The notes: generated from the sequence alone by a model not told the origin. DNA of 64,000 bases from Desulfarculaceae bacterium (GCA_020444545.1 JAHLKT010000002.1:152870-216869), one strand, 5' to 3'. Positions 38,041 to 47,813 are shown, numbered from the stretch's first letter. Numbers and translations are program-made.

Positions 38041-38985
38041 TCACTTGTATTGGATGCGGGGATCGAAGAAGCCGTAGAGCAGGTCCACGATCAGGTTGAT
38101 GAGCACGTAGACCAGGGCGATGAACAGGATGCAGCCCTGCACCACGGGGTAGTCGCGCATGTTGATGGCCACCACCAGATATTTGCCCAGGCCGGGCAGG
38201 CTGAACACCGTCTCAGTGACCACCGCGCCACCCAGGAGCATGCCGTACTGGATGCCGATGGTGGTCAGCGCCGGGGCGAAGGCGTTCTTAAGGGCGTGCT
38301 TGTTGATCACCTTCCACTCGGGCAGGCCCTTGGCCCGCGCGTGGGTCACGTACTCCAGGCGCAAGACCTCCAGCATGGACGAGCGCACCATGCGCGCCAC
38401 CACCGCGGCCATGAACAGGCCCAGGGTGATGCCGGGCAGGAGCAGGTAGCGCATGCCCTGCCAGAAGCTCTCCCAGATGGGCACGAAGCCGGTGGAGGGG
38501 AACCAGCCCAGGTTCACCGAGAAGACGAGCAGGCAGATAAGCCCCAGCCAAAAGCCGGGCACCGACACGCCCACGATGGTGCCGATCATGAACATGTAGT
38601 CGCTCTTGGTGTTGTGCTTTACCGCGGCCATGACCCCCGAGGGGATGGACACGATCAGCGAGAAGATCAGGGCCAGGGTGGTGAGCGACAGGGTGACCGG
38701 GAAGCGGTCGGCGATGGAGGTGAGCACCGGCACCTTGGAGTGGATGGACACCCCGAAGTCGCCGGTGAGCACCCGGCCCACCCACAGGAAGAACTGCTGG
38801 TAGAGCGGCTGGTTGAGCCCCAGGGCGTCGCGCAGGGCCTCCACGTCCTGGGGCGTGGCGTCGTTGCCCAGCATGACCAGGGCGGGGTCGCCGGGGATCA
38901 TGTGGATCAACAGAAAGACCATGACCGCCACCAGGCCGATGGTGGGGATCAGGTAGATGATCCTTTTGAGAATGTATTTAAGCAT
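38041..38985 (-). CDS. Peptide ABC transporter permease (DppB/OppB-like)
   Basis: Start chosen at ATG 38983-38985 (MLKYILKRIIYLIPT), the typical DppB N-terminus. EAA loop: YVTHARAKGLPEWKVINKHALKNA. Confidence 0.88.
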   Translation of the reverse strand: MLKYILKRIIYLIPTIGLVAVMVFLLIHMIPGDPALVMLGNDATPQDVEALRDALGLNQPLYQQFFLWVGRVLTGDFGVSIHSKVPVLTSIADRFPVTLSLTTLALIFSLIVSIPSGVMAAVKHNTKSDYMFMIGTIVGVSVPGFWLGLICLLVFSVNLGWFPSTGFVPIWESFWQGMRYLLLPGITLGLFMAAVVARMVRSSMLEVLRLEYVTHARAKGLPEWKVINKHALKNAFAPALTTIGIQYGMLLGGAVVTETVFSLPGLGKYLVVAINMRDYPVVQGCILFIALVYVLINLIVDLLYGFFDPRIQYK

Positions 38986-39054
38986 GGGCCACGGTCTTTT
39001 TGTCGCCGCCCCCCGGGCCCAGGAGGTCAAGCCCGGAGGACGGCTGTTGAAGGT

Positions 39055-40626
39055 TTACTTGCTCAACCACACGCCCCACAGGCGCGGCATACCGGTGCTG
39101 AGCACCTGGTAGCCGTGCACGTAGTCGCGGAAGGCGTTCAAGTAGTTGTAGTTGCAAGAGAGCACCCAGGGCACCTGGTCTATGCAGATCTGGTGGATCT
39201 TCTCGAAGATCTTTTGGCGCACCGCAAAGTCGGCGGTGGCCAGGGCCTCTTGGCGCAGCTTCTCGGCCTCGGGATAGACCTCCATAAACTTATTGCGTTT
39301 CAAGTAGGCGTAGGCCAGGGCCGGGTCGGGCATGGGGGCCGCGCCGAAGGTGTGGATCTGGGACTGGCCCTTGAGGTGCTTCTTCAAGAGCACCGGCCAG
39401 TCGATCACGTTGAGCTTGGCGTTGACGCCCAAGGCCTTGAGCTGGGCGTGCACGGCCACGGCCATGCGGTACATGTAGGAGTACTTCTTGGTGGTGTCCA
39501 CCACCACCTCTTCACCCTTGTAGCCCGATTCCTTGAGCAGCTTCTTGGCCTTGGCCATGTCCGGGGAGTACCAGGTCTTGAAGAAGGGGGTCCAGTACTG
39601 GTTGGCGGTGGCCACGGCCGAGGGGTTGATGGTGGCGTAGCCCATGAATCCGGCCTTGGCCATGGAGTTGATGTTCAGGGCATAGGCACAGGCCTGGCGG
39701 AACTTGAGGTTGTTGACCACCGGCCGGGTGACGCCGAAGTGGGCGCCCACCCAGACCAGGCCTGCCACTTCCTGCACCACCATGCCTTCCTTGGAGTAGT
39801 CGCTCTTGTACTTTTTCATGTACTTCTGCGGGAAGGAGTGCACCAGGTCTACTTCCTGGTTGACCAGGGCCATCACCGCCACCGACTCCTCGGAGATGGG
39901 CATGAAGGTGACCTTGTCCAGGTAGGCCACGCGCTGGCCGCCCATGCCGTCGCGGGCGCCGCTCTGGCCCTTGTAGTCCGCGAACTTGGCCAGGATGACG
40001 TGGCGGTCCGGCTTCCACTCGATGAACTTGAAGGGGCCGGTGCCCACGGGATGGGTGATCTGGCCGCCCTGCTTGGCCATGTCGGCCTTGCACATGATGG
40101 CCATCACCGGGGCCACGTAGGCCAGGGCGTTGGGGAAGCCGGGAGAGGGCTTCTTCATCAGAATGCGCACGGTGTACTTGTCCACCGCTTCGACCTTGGC
40201 CACCCCGGCGAAGAGCTTGGCCCGGGCGCAGGTCTTGGGGTTCATCATGCGCTCCACCGAGAACTTAACGTCCTCGGAGGTCACCTCGGCCCCGTTGTGG
40301 AACTTTTTGCCCTTCATCAGGTGGAAGGTGTAGGTCTTGTAGTCCTTGCTCACCTCCCAGGACTGGGCCACCACGGGCACGATCTTGAGGTTGGTGGTGT
40401 AGGCCAACAGGGGCTCGAACACGTGGTTGAGCACCACCGCGTTGACCATGGCCGGGCTGGCCATGGGGTCCAGGCTGGTGATGTCGGTGTTGAGCCTGAC
40501 CTTGATCTCGCCCCCGGCCTTGGGCTGGGGCGCGGCCCACAGGCTGGTGGCGCCGAGCAGCACCAGCGCCGCCGCCAGGCAAACGGCCACGGCGCGCATG
40601 GTCTTGTGAGTACCTTTTGGGGACAT
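39055..40626 (-). CDS. ABC transporter substrate-binding protein, family 5 (peptide/nickel)
   Basis: Start chosen at ATG 40624-40626, behind AAGGAGCA. It has a signal peptide (MRAVAVCLAAALVLLGATSLWA) and SBP_bac_5-like sequence throughout. The track ORF over-extends to 40779. Confidence 0.88.
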   Translation of the reverse strand: MSPKGTHKTMRAVAVCLAAALVLLGATSLWAAPQPKAGGEIKVRLNTDITSLDPMASPAMVNAVVLNHVFEPLLAYTTNLKIVPVVAQSWEVSKDYKTYTFHLMKGKKFHNGAEVTSEDVKFSVERMMNPKTCARAKLFAGVAKVEAVDKYTVRILMKKPSPGFPNALAYVAPVMAIMCKADMAKQGGQITHPVGTGPFKFIEWKPDRHVILAKFADYKGQSGARDGMGGQRVAYLDKVTFMPISEESVAVMALVNQEVDLVHSFPQKYMKKYKSDYSKEGMVVQEVAGLVWVGAHFGVTRPVVNNLKFRQACAYALNINSMAKAGFMGYATINPSAVATANQYWTPFFKTWYSPDMAKAKKLLKESGYKGEEVVVDTTKKYSYMYRMAVAVHAQLKALGVNAKLNVIDWPVLLKKHLKGQSQIHTFGAAPMPDPALAYAYLKRNKFMEVYPEAEKLRQEALATADFAVRQKIFEKIHQICIDQVPWVLSCNYNYLNAFRDYVHGYQVLSTGMPRLWGVWLSK

Positions 40627-40640
40627 ATGCTCCTTGCTCC

Positions 40641-41816
40641 TTATGATGAGGTGGTTTCGCCGGGAGCCAGGTAGCGCCGCGCCGCCGCGACGAAAACCTT
40701 CACACCGGTGATCAAAGCTTGGGGGTCCAAATCGAAAGTATGGGAGTGCATGGCCCGGTAGGGCCCGGCCGGGGCGCAACCCAGGCGGATCAGCGCACCG
40801 GGGCGCTCAGCCAGGAACAGGGCGAAGTCCTCGGCCGCGGTCACCGGGTCCAGGGGCATCACGTTTTCCGCGCCCAGGGCCTCGCGGGCCGCTTCGGCCA
40901 AGAGCTCCAGGGCCTCGGGGTGGTTGTCCAGGGGAGGGAAGGTCTCCTCCAGCTCCAAGTGGCACTCCACGTTAAACGACTTTTCCAGGCCCGCGGTCAT
41001 TTGGGCCAGGCGCTCCTTCAAGAGGGCCCGGGCCGGGGCGGACAAGGCCCGCAGGCTGCCCGAGAGGCGGGCCGCGCCGGGTATGATGTTGTTGGCCGAG
41101 CCGGCCACGAACTCGCCCACACTGATCGCCCCGCTCTCCAGGGGGTTCAGGTTGCGGGCCACGATGGACTGCAAGGCGCTCACCAGATGGGCCCCGGCCA
41201 CGATGGGGTCCTTGGCCAGGTGAGGGCGCCCGCCGTGGGCTCCCTGGCCGCGTATCTCCAAATGGAACACGTCGCAGGAGCTGTGGCTGACCCCGGGGGT
41301 GATCCCCGCCTGGCCGGCGGGCAGGTCGGCGGTGAGATGGGCGGCCAGGATGTAGTCCACCCGGGGGCTGTCCAGCACGCCCCGCTCCAGCATCATGCGT
41401 GCGCCTTGTCCAGTTTCTTCGGCAGGTTGAAAAAGAAACTTAATATTTCCCTTTAACCTGCTCTTCAGCCCGGATTCCATAACCCGGCGGGCCACGCCCA
41501 GCATGATGGCGGTGTGGCCGTCGTGCCCGCAGGCGTGCATCACGCCCGGGTTCTGGGAGCGGTAGGGAACCTCGTTGGCCTCGGCAATGGGCAGGGCGTC
41601 GATGTCCGCGCGCAAGGCCAGGGTGGGGCCGGGCTGGGTTCCCCGAATCAGGCCCACGGCGCCGGTCATGCCCGGGAGAGGGAGGAGCTCCACCCCCCAG
41701 CGGGCCAGTTCGGCCTGGATCACGCGGGTGGTGCGCTCCTCCTGGCCGGACAGCTCGGGATGGCGATGCAGGTCCTCGCGGAGGTCCCTAAGCCATGCCT
41801 GAAATGCCTTGTCCAT
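40641..41816 (-). CDS. M20D-family amidohydrolase (N-acyl-amino-acid / hippurate hydrolase-like)
   Basis: 391-aa ORF. RDLREDLHRHPELSGQE, MHACGHDGH and FQPAEE are characteristic of the M20D family. Confidence 0.88.
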   Translation of the reverse strand: MDKAFQAWLRDLREDLHRHPELSGQEERTTRVIQAELARWGVELLPLPGMTGAVGLIRGTQPGPTLALRADIDALPIAEANEVPYRSQNPGVMHACGHDGHTAIMLGVARRVMESGLKSRLKGNIKFLFQPAEETGQGARMMLERGVLDSPRVDYILAAHLTADLPAGQAGITPGVSHSSCDVFHLEIRGQGAHGGRPHLAKDPIVAGAHLVSALQSIVARNLNPLESGAISVGEFVAGSANNIIPGAARLSGSLRALSAPARALLKERLAQMTAGLEKSFNVECHLELEETFPPLDNHPEALELLAEAAREALGAENVMPLDPVTAAEDFALFLAERPGALIRLGCAPAGPYRAMHSHTFDLDPQALITGVKVFVAAARRYLAPGETTSS

Positions 41817-41902
41817 GGGTCTTGCCGCCTTTTTTTGGCACTAGTGGTCCTGTCCGGGCGGGAAATACCGTCCGGTGAGCCGCCCGGGGGCGGCTGGGGG
41901 GT

Positions 41903-42742
41903 TTAGACCCCGTCGCTTCCTGCTATGGGTCCGCCGCCGGGCAGGGGAGCTTCGGCGTGCCGCCCGGCCACGATTTCGTCTGCGATCACCTTGGCCACCC
42001 AGGCCCTCCGCTCTGCGTCCATGCGCTGGGCGATGGCCGCCACGCTGATGGCCGCCTCCACCTGCCCGGACTCATCGCGCACCGGGCGGCCGATGGCCAC
42101 CGCCTCGGGTATGAACACCCCGCCGGTCTCGGAATAGCCCATCTCCCGGCAGCGCTGCACCGACTCCAACACGTCGTCCGCGGTGTAGTTCTTGTAGCGG
42201 GTGTAGCGCCTCCGGTTGGCCGAGATCACCGCCCGGCAATCTTTGTCCGGCAGGCTGGCCAAGAGCACGGTGCTGCCCGCGCCGATGCCCAGAGGGGTGC
42301 GCTGACCCACCTCGTGGGTCAGGGTGCGGATGGGGAAGCTGCCTTCCGTCCGGTCCACCACCAGGGCGTCATAGCCCGAGCGGATGACCAGGAAAGCGGT
42401 GTCCTCGGTGATTAGGGCCACCCGCTCCAGGATGTGGCGGTATTGGTCCCGAATTTGGAACTGATGGGCCGCGGCCCCGAAATGATAGAGCTCCACCCCC
42501 AGGTGGTAGCGTTTGGTGATGGGATTGTAGGAGAGCAGGCCCTCGGAGACCAGGGCTCCCAGAGAGCGGCGGGCGGTGGCGGTGTGCAGTTCGGCTTCGC
42601 GGGCCACCTGGGCCAGGCTCATGCCGCGTTCGTTGTTGTTTACCACCATGCGCAACAGGCCGATGGCCCGGTGGATGGTCTGCACTCCCCGCTGCGAGGA
42701 TGAGGCTGATTGGCTTTTGGTCGGTTTATCAGCTTGTTTCAT
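41903..42742 (-). CDS. IclR-family transcriptional regulator
   Basis: 279-aa ORF with an N-terminal wHTH (VQTIHRAIGLLRMVVNNNERGMSLAQVAREAELHTATARRSLGALVSEGLL) and a C-terminal IclR effector domain. Confidence 0.88.
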   Translation of the reverse strand: MKQADKPTKSQSASSSQRGVQTIHRAIGLLRMVVNNNERGMSLAQVAREAELHTATARRSLGALVSEGLLSYNPITKRYHLGVELYHFGAAAHQFQIRDQYRHILERVALITEDTAFLVIRSGYDALVVDRTEGSFPIRTLTHEVGQRTPLGIGAGSTVLLASLPDKDCRAVISANRRRYTRYKNYTADDVLESVQRCREMGYSETGGVFIPEAVAIGRPVRDESGQVEAAISVAAIAQRMDAERRAWVAKVIADEIVAGRHAEAPLPGGGPIAGSDGV

Positions 42743-42835
42743 GATTCCTCGGGTGCCTGGTGATCATAGGGTGGAAAAATCTTAGTTTTTTGATTCCGTA
42801 GGGTCAATAAAAAATTTACACATAATTCAATTTTA

Positions 42836-42852
42836 GTTACATATAGTGTAAC
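42836..42852. promoter_or_regulatory. Candidate operator palindrome upstream of the IclR gene
   Basis: GTTACA-TATAG-TGTAAC, with perfect 6-bp inverted arms. It lies in the AT-rich region about 95 nt upstream of the IclR start. Confidence 0.3.
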
Positions 42853-42951
42853 AATCTACAAAAAGGTCAGGCCGGGGCACCGCACGGGCGGTTTTAAGGC
42901 CAAACCGATCACATAGTGGAAGGGGATGCCTGGAGGGGGCAGCCGGGCGGC

Positions 42952-43407
42952 CTAGCGGCGGATGAGCACCACGCCGGCCACCAGGAGCAGGGCCCCCAGC
43001 AGGCGCAGGGGGTCGGCGGGCTGGCGGGCCAGGCCCAGGAGCCCGAAGTGGTCAAAGGCCAGGGAGGCGATCATCTGCCCGGCCACGAACAGGGCCAAGA
43101 GAGCGGCCGCGCCCAGGCGGGGCAGGAGCAGGATGATGATGACCACGTAAACGGCTCCGAACAGGCCGCCGGTCCAGGAAAGCCAGGAGCTTTTGGCCAT
43201 GGCCGAGGCCGTGGGAAGGGGCTCGCGCATCACGGCCAGCACGGCCAGCATGACCAGGGTGCCGCCCAGATAGCTGACGAACGAAGCCCAGCAGGCCGAG
43301 CCCAGGGCCCCGCGCAGCTGGGAGTTCACCGAGGCCTGCACCACAAAGGACGCGCCCGCCGCGGCCGCCAAAAGGCCCAAGGCCCAGAAATGCCAAAATG
43401 CCGGCAT
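42952..43407 (-). CDS. DMT-superfamily membrane protein (DUF606/YdcZ-like)
   Basis: 151-aa ORF with five predicted TM helices. The N-terminus ...SFVVQASVNSQLRGALGS resembles YdcZ-type proteins. Confidence 0.7.
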   Translation of the reverse strand: MPAFWHFWALGLLAAAAGASFVVQASVNSQLRGALGSACWASFVSYLGGTLVMLAVLAVMREPLPTASAMAKSSWLSWTGGLFGAVYVVIIILLLPRLGAAALLALFVAGQMIASLAFDHFGLLGLARQPADPLRLLGALLLVAGVVLIRR

Positions 43408-43506
43408 GAGGCACCTCCGCTTTCAGATAGATACGGTGCGGCGGCATCAACCGCCTCGGGGCTGGCTGGTGTGGCGTCTAAGCTGAAAGGACCGGCAGGG
43501 GGGCGC

Positions 43507-44736
43507 TCAGGCGAGGGCGCCCGCGCCGAGAAGCTGCACGTTGAGGATCTCGCCTTGGGACAGGCTTTCCCGGCCCTCGGGTATGGCCGCCACCGCATGG
43601 GCCTTGGCCAGGGCGCTCAGGCGGCTGCGCTTGGACAGGGGATGGAACAGGGGCAGGCCGTCCTCGCCGGGGGACAGGGAGCCTTGGAAAAAGTCGGTCC
43701 AGGCCGGGTTGCCGTCCAATATGTCCGCCGCTAGACGGGCGCTCACCCGGGGCAGGCCGGGACGGGCTCGTCCGGCCAGGGCGTGCAGGCCGGGCAGGGC
43801 GATCTGCAAAAAACCCATGAGATTGGAAGGCGGACCGCCGGGCAAGAGAAACACCGGCTTGCCGGCCAGCAGGCCGAAGCCCACCGCCTTGCCCGGGCCC
43901 ATGCGGATGCGGTGGAACACCTTGCGCCAGCCCAGCTCTTTCAGGGCCTGGGCCACCAGGTCGCGTTCGCCGCGCCAGGCCCCGCCGCTGGTGATCAGCG
44001 CGTCGCTGCCGGCCAGCAGGTCCTCCAGGGCTCGGCGCAGCTCCTCGGGCTGGTCGACCGCCATGCCCAGAGAGGGGGCCATGCCCTCGCGCGCGCAGAA
44101 CCCGGCCAGGGTGATGATGTTGGAGGCGTGCACCTGGCCCGGCCGTAGGGGCAGGCCGGGCATGACGATCTCGCTGCCCGTGCCCAGGATGCCCACCCGG
44201 GGCCGCGCGAACACCATGGCCGAGCCCAGGCCGCCCGCGGCCAGCAGCCCGGCGGCCACGGGGGTGATGACTCGGCCCGTGGCCAGGATCAGGTCGCCCC
44301 GGGCCACGTCGCCGCCTGTGGGCAGGATGTTCTTGGCCTGGGACGGGGCCAGCACCAGCAAATCGCTGCCTTCCAGGCGGGTGTATTCCTCGGAGACCAC
44401 CGCGTCCGCGCCGGGCGGGATGCGCGCGCCGGTGAGCACCCGCACCGCTTGGCCAGGCCCCACCGGGATTTCCTCGTGGTCCCCGGCGGCCATGATGCCC
44501 GCCAGCTCCAGGCGCACCGGCGCGGCCTCGCTGGCAGAGGCCACCTCGCTGCCGCGCAGAGCGTAGCCGTCCTTGCGCGAGGCCGCCGCGGCGGGGCTGT
44601 CCAGCAGGGCGCGCAGCTCGGCTCCGGCAACCCGGCCCACGCTCTCCAATAGCGGCGCGTCCTCCACGCCCAGGGGCTCCACGCCCTCAAGGGTCAGGCG
44701 CAGGGCCTCCTCGTATCCCAGAGACAAGCGGTTCAT
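43507..44736 (-). CDS. moeA: Molybdopterin molybdenum/tungsten-transferase MoeA (copy 1)
   Basis: 409-aa ORF with MoeA patterns: SRKDGYALR, VRVLTGARIPPGADAVV, ILGTGSEIV, LITSGGAW, GPGKAVGFG, LPGGPPS. Confidence 0.9.
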   Translation of the reverse strand: MNRLSLGYEEALRLTLEGVEPLGVEDAPLLESVGRVAGAELRALLDSPAAAASRKDGYALRGSEVASASEAAPVRLELAGIMAAGDHEEIPVGPGQAVRVLTGARIPPGADAVVSEEYTRLEGSDLLVLAPSQAKNILPTGGDVARGDLILATGRVITPVAAGLLAAGGLGSAMVFARPRVGILGTGSEIVMPGLPLRPGQVHASNIITLAGFCAREGMAPSLGMAVDQPEELRRALEDLLAGSDALITSGGAWRGERDLVAQALKELGWRKVFHRIRMGPGKAVGFGLLAGKPVFLLPGGPPSNLMGFLQIALPGLHALAGRARPGLPRVSARLAADILDGNPAWTDFFQGSLSPGEDGLPLFHPLSKRSRLSALAKAHAVAAIPEGRESLSQGEILNVQLLGAGALA

Positions 44737-44816
44737 GCTCTCCTAAAGCCCAATCAGGCCGACAGCGGCCTGTATTGAATTTATAACCTGGACGGTCCGG
44801 GGGGCAACGGAATACC

Positions 44817-45602
44817 ATGCAGCCTATGAAACACCCCCTGAAAACCCGGCCCATCCTGCGGGTGCGCGGCGACGCGGTAAGCCCGGACAGCATCACCTTT
44901 GCCGACGAGCGGCCGCTGAGTCTGGCGGTGCGCGGCCGGGCGCTCACCGTGCTCATGGCCACCCCGGGCCTGGAGTGCGAGTTGGCCGCGGGCTACGCCC
45001 TGACCATGGGCTGGGCCAAGCCCGGGGACACGCCGCCTCGGGTGGATTACCACGCCGGGCAGGCCCAGGTGGAGCTGGATTTGGCCGTGGACCCCGAGTC
45101 GCTGAGCCCTATCCGCGCCGCAGGGGGCGGCCTGCTGGGCCCCACCGAGGCCGAGCCCTTGGCGGAGGGCCCCGGCATGGAGCTGGGCCTGGCGCGAGGC
45201 CTCACCGAGGCCATGGGCCAAGGTCAGGTGCTCTACCCCCTGACCCGGGGTACCCACGCGGCCGCGCTGTTCGACGCGGCGGGCGGGCTGCTGGCCCTGG
45301 CCGAGGACGTGGGGCGTCACAACGGCCTGGACAAGGCAGTCGGGATGGCCTGGCTGGAGGGCAGCCTGAGCCGGGCGGTGGCCGTGGCCCTGTCCGGGCG
45401 GTGCAGCCTGGAGATGGTGCTCAAGACGGTGCGCGCGGGGGTGAGCATAATCGTGAGCGTGTCCTCGCCCACCGTGCCGGCGGTGGAGGCGGCCGAGCGG
45501 TTGGGCCTAACCCTGGCCAATTGCCACGGCCCGGAGAACCTGGTCATCTACACCCACCCCGGCCGCCTGCGCCAAAACGGCGAGCCCCTGCGCCTGGCCT
45601 GA
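44817..45602 (+). CDS. FdhD-family protein lacking the conserved Cys pair
   Basis: 261-aa ORF. The FdhD signature GRHNGLDKAVG and the C-terminal fold region are conserved. However, the loop that carries SCGxCG in copy 1 reads IRAAGGGLLGPTE. Confidence 0.8.
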   Translation: MQPMKHPLKTRPILRVRGDAVSPDSITFADERPLSLAVRGRALTVLMATPGLECELAAGYALTMGWAKPGDTPPRVDYHAGQAQVELDLAVDPESLSPIRAAGGGLLGPTEAEPLAEGPGMELGLARGLTEAMGQGQVLYPLTRGTHAAALFDAAGGLLALAEDVGRHNGLDKAVGMAWLEGSLSRAVAVALSGRCSLEMVLKTVRAGVSIIVSVSSPTVPAVEAAERLGLTLANCHGPENLVIYTHPGRLRQNGEPLRLA

Positions 45603-45605
45603 GTC

Positions 45606-46865
45606 TTATTGCCAACCCGATTCGGCGATCTCGTCGTGATAGATGAGCTGAATCTTGACCGTGGTGCCCGCGGCCAGGGGGCCGGAGTCGGGGGGAATGA
45701 TGATCAGGCAGTTGGCGTCGCGCATGGATTTGAACACCGATGACTTCTGGTCGCCGGCCAGGGCCACGTGCAGGCCGCCGTTGCCCAGGGAGAAACGCCC
45801 GCGCAGCAGGCGCAGGTTGTGGGTGGGCTTCTTGTCGATGGGCTCGTCCAGCACCGCGCTGACCACGGGCTTGAACAGCTTGCGCGCGCCCATGAGGGCC
45901 AGGAGGGCGGGGCGCACGAACTGGATGAAGCTGGTCATGGCCGAGACCGGGTTGCCCGGCAGGCTGAAGAAGAGCTTGTCGTCCATGGTGCCGAAGGAGC
46001 AGGGCTTGCCCGGCTTCACGCGCACCCGTCCAAAGCGCAGCTCCACGCCCAGGTCCGCGTAGGCGTCCTTCACGAAATCGTACTTGCCCATGGAGCCGCC
46101 GCCGGTGGAGAGGATCACGTCCGCGTCCAGGGCGCGGCCCAGGAGCTCGCGCACCTGGGGCAGGGAATCGCGGGCAATGCCCAGATGGTCCGGCTCGGCG
46201 TTGTACTTGCGGGCTTCGGCGCACAGGGCGTAGGCGTTCACGTCGCGGATCTGGCCGGGGGCGGGCTTTTCGCCCACCGCGGCTAACTCGTCGCCGGTGG
46301 AGATGATGGCCACGCGGGGCCGCTGGTACACCCGCACCGTGTCGTGGTTCAGGGCGGCCAGGATGCCCACATCGGCCGGGTTGAGCATGTCGCCCCGCAT
46401 GAGCACCGCCTCGCCGCTCTCGATATTCTCGCCCCGGCGGCGGTAGTTCTCGTAAGGGGCCACGGCGCGAAAGAGCTCCACCTCGCCGCCATGTTCTCGG
46501 CTGTCCTCGAACTGCACCACTGCGTCCGCGCCCGGGGGCAGGGGAGCGCCGGTCATGATGCGCACCGCCTTGCCGGGCGTCACCGTCAGGCCGTTCAGCG
46601 AGCCCCCGGCCTGCACCTCGCCCACGATCTTCAGGCGCGCGGGGCGCTGGGGTGAGGCCCCGGCGGTGTCGCTGGAGGCCACCGCGTAGCCGTCGCGGGC
46701 CGAGGAGTCGGTGGGCGGCAGCATGGCGTCGGCCACCACGTCCTCATGCAGCACCCGGCGCACCGCCTTAAAGATGGATATCTCCTCCGGCCCCAGGGGC
46801 GTCACCGCGTCCAGGATGATCCTCTGGGCCTCGGGCAGGGAGACGGTTTTCATCTCTTGGCTCAT
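45606..46865 (-). CDS. moeA: Molybdopterin molybdenum/tungsten-transferase MoeA (copy 2)
   Basis: 419-aa ORF with MoeA patterns: ARDGYAV, VRIMTGAPLPPGADAVV, IISTGDEL, ILSTGGGSMGKYD, VKPGKPCSFG, LPGNPVS. Confidence 0.9.
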   Translation of the reverse strand: MSQEMKTVSLPEAQRIILDAVTPLGPEEISIFKAVRRVLHEDVVADAMLPPTDSSARDGYAVASSDTAGASPQRPARLKIVGEVQAGGSLNGLTVTPGKAVRIMTGAPLPPGADAVVQFEDSREHGGEVELFRAVAPYENYRRRGENIESGEAVLMRGDMLNPADVGILAALNHDTVRVYQRPRVAIISTGDELAAVGEKPAPGQIRDVNAYALCAEARKYNAEPDHLGIARDSLPQVRELLGRALDADVILSTGGGSMGKYDFVKDAYADLGVELRFGRVRVKPGKPCSFGTMDDKLFFSLPGNPVSAMTSFIQFVRPALLALMGARKLFKPVVSAVLDEPIDKKPTHNLRLLRGRFSLGNGGLHVALAGDQKSSVFKSMRDANCLIIIPPDSGPLAAGTTVKIQLIYHDEIAESGWQ

Positions 46866-46886
46866 ACCGCTACGCCGTTTACCCCC

Positions 46887-46930
46887 AAATAAAAGCGCCC
46901 GCCAAGCAAGCAGTGGCCGGCGGGCGTTTT
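46887..46930 (-). terminator. Rho-independent (bidirectional) terminator after bamF
   Basis: GCGCCCGCC (46895-46903) pairs with GGCGGGCG (46919-46926). The hairpin is flanked by AAATAAAA on the left and TTTT on the right. A second GC hairpin, CCCCCCGC...GCGGGGGG, lies at 46941-46966. Confidence 0.6.
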
Positions 46931-46973
46931 GGCGGCGAATCCCCCCGCCGCAGCAGCAGCGGGGGGACGCCGG

Positions 46974-47813
46974 TCAGCTCTGGTCGCCCTTGCCGGGCAG
47001 GCTCCTTTGCTCCACGGGCAGGGGAGGGGGCACGGCCTGGCCGCCGCCCAGCTCCTGCACCGCCGAGAAGCGGGAAGGGCAGGCTTCGTGGCAGGTGCCG
47101 CACTTGATGCACAGATCCTGGTCGATCACGTGCACCTTGCCCTTGGCCCCTTCGATGGCCTGCACCGGGCAGCGCCGGGCACAGATGCCGCAGGCCTGGC
47201 ACTTCTCCGGGTCGATGTAAAAGGACACCGGCTCTTCGATGAGGCTGGTCACCTCGTCAAGAGTGAAGTGCCCTTCGTAGAGCTCCTTGTCCTTGAGCGG
47301 GGTGGAGAGCTTCTCGCGCTCGCTCACCTTGATGTAGGGGATGAGCTTGCGCACCGCGGCCAGCTTGGCCTTGACCTCCACCAGGTCCACGCCCTCGCCC
47401 TCGGCCAGGGGGCCCAGCTCCTTTGTCCGCTTGTTGAACTCGTCGACCTCGCGCGCGAACACCAGGCCCTCACCCGAGGACATGAAGGATACCTTGAGCC
47501 GGGCCGGGTTGAGCCCGATGTGCTCCAGGATGCGCTTGGCCAAGAGCACCGTGTTGAGAGCATGGTAGTTGCCGTGGGTGATGTAGTTGCATTCGCCCAG
47601 GCGGCAGCCGCCCACGAACACCCCGTCCATCCCGTTGGAGAAGGCCCGCAGAATAAACTCCAGGTCCACCCGGCCGGAACACATGACGCGGATGATTCGC
47701 ATATCAGTGGAATATTGTAGTCTGGAAACTCCAGCCATGTCAGCGGCGCCGTACGCTCACCAATGGCAGAGGAACCCCAGAGTCTTCGGCTTGAATTTGG
47801 CAGCCGCGCTCAT
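46974..47813 (-). CDS. bamF: BamF-like MvhD-domain / 2x[4Fe-4S] ferredoxin selenoprotein (Sec at 47757-47759)
   Basis: The ATG at 47811-47813 follows AAAGGAGGTGAGGAGCT. Hand translation gives MSAAAKFKPKTLGFLCHW-UGA-AYGAADMAGVSRLQYSTDMRIIRVMCSGRV... The UGA replaces the second Cys of the MvhD motif CNWCSY. The track shows only the part downstream of an internal Met (46974..47738). C-terminal clusters: CQACGICARRCP and CIKCGTCHEACP. Confidence 0.85.
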
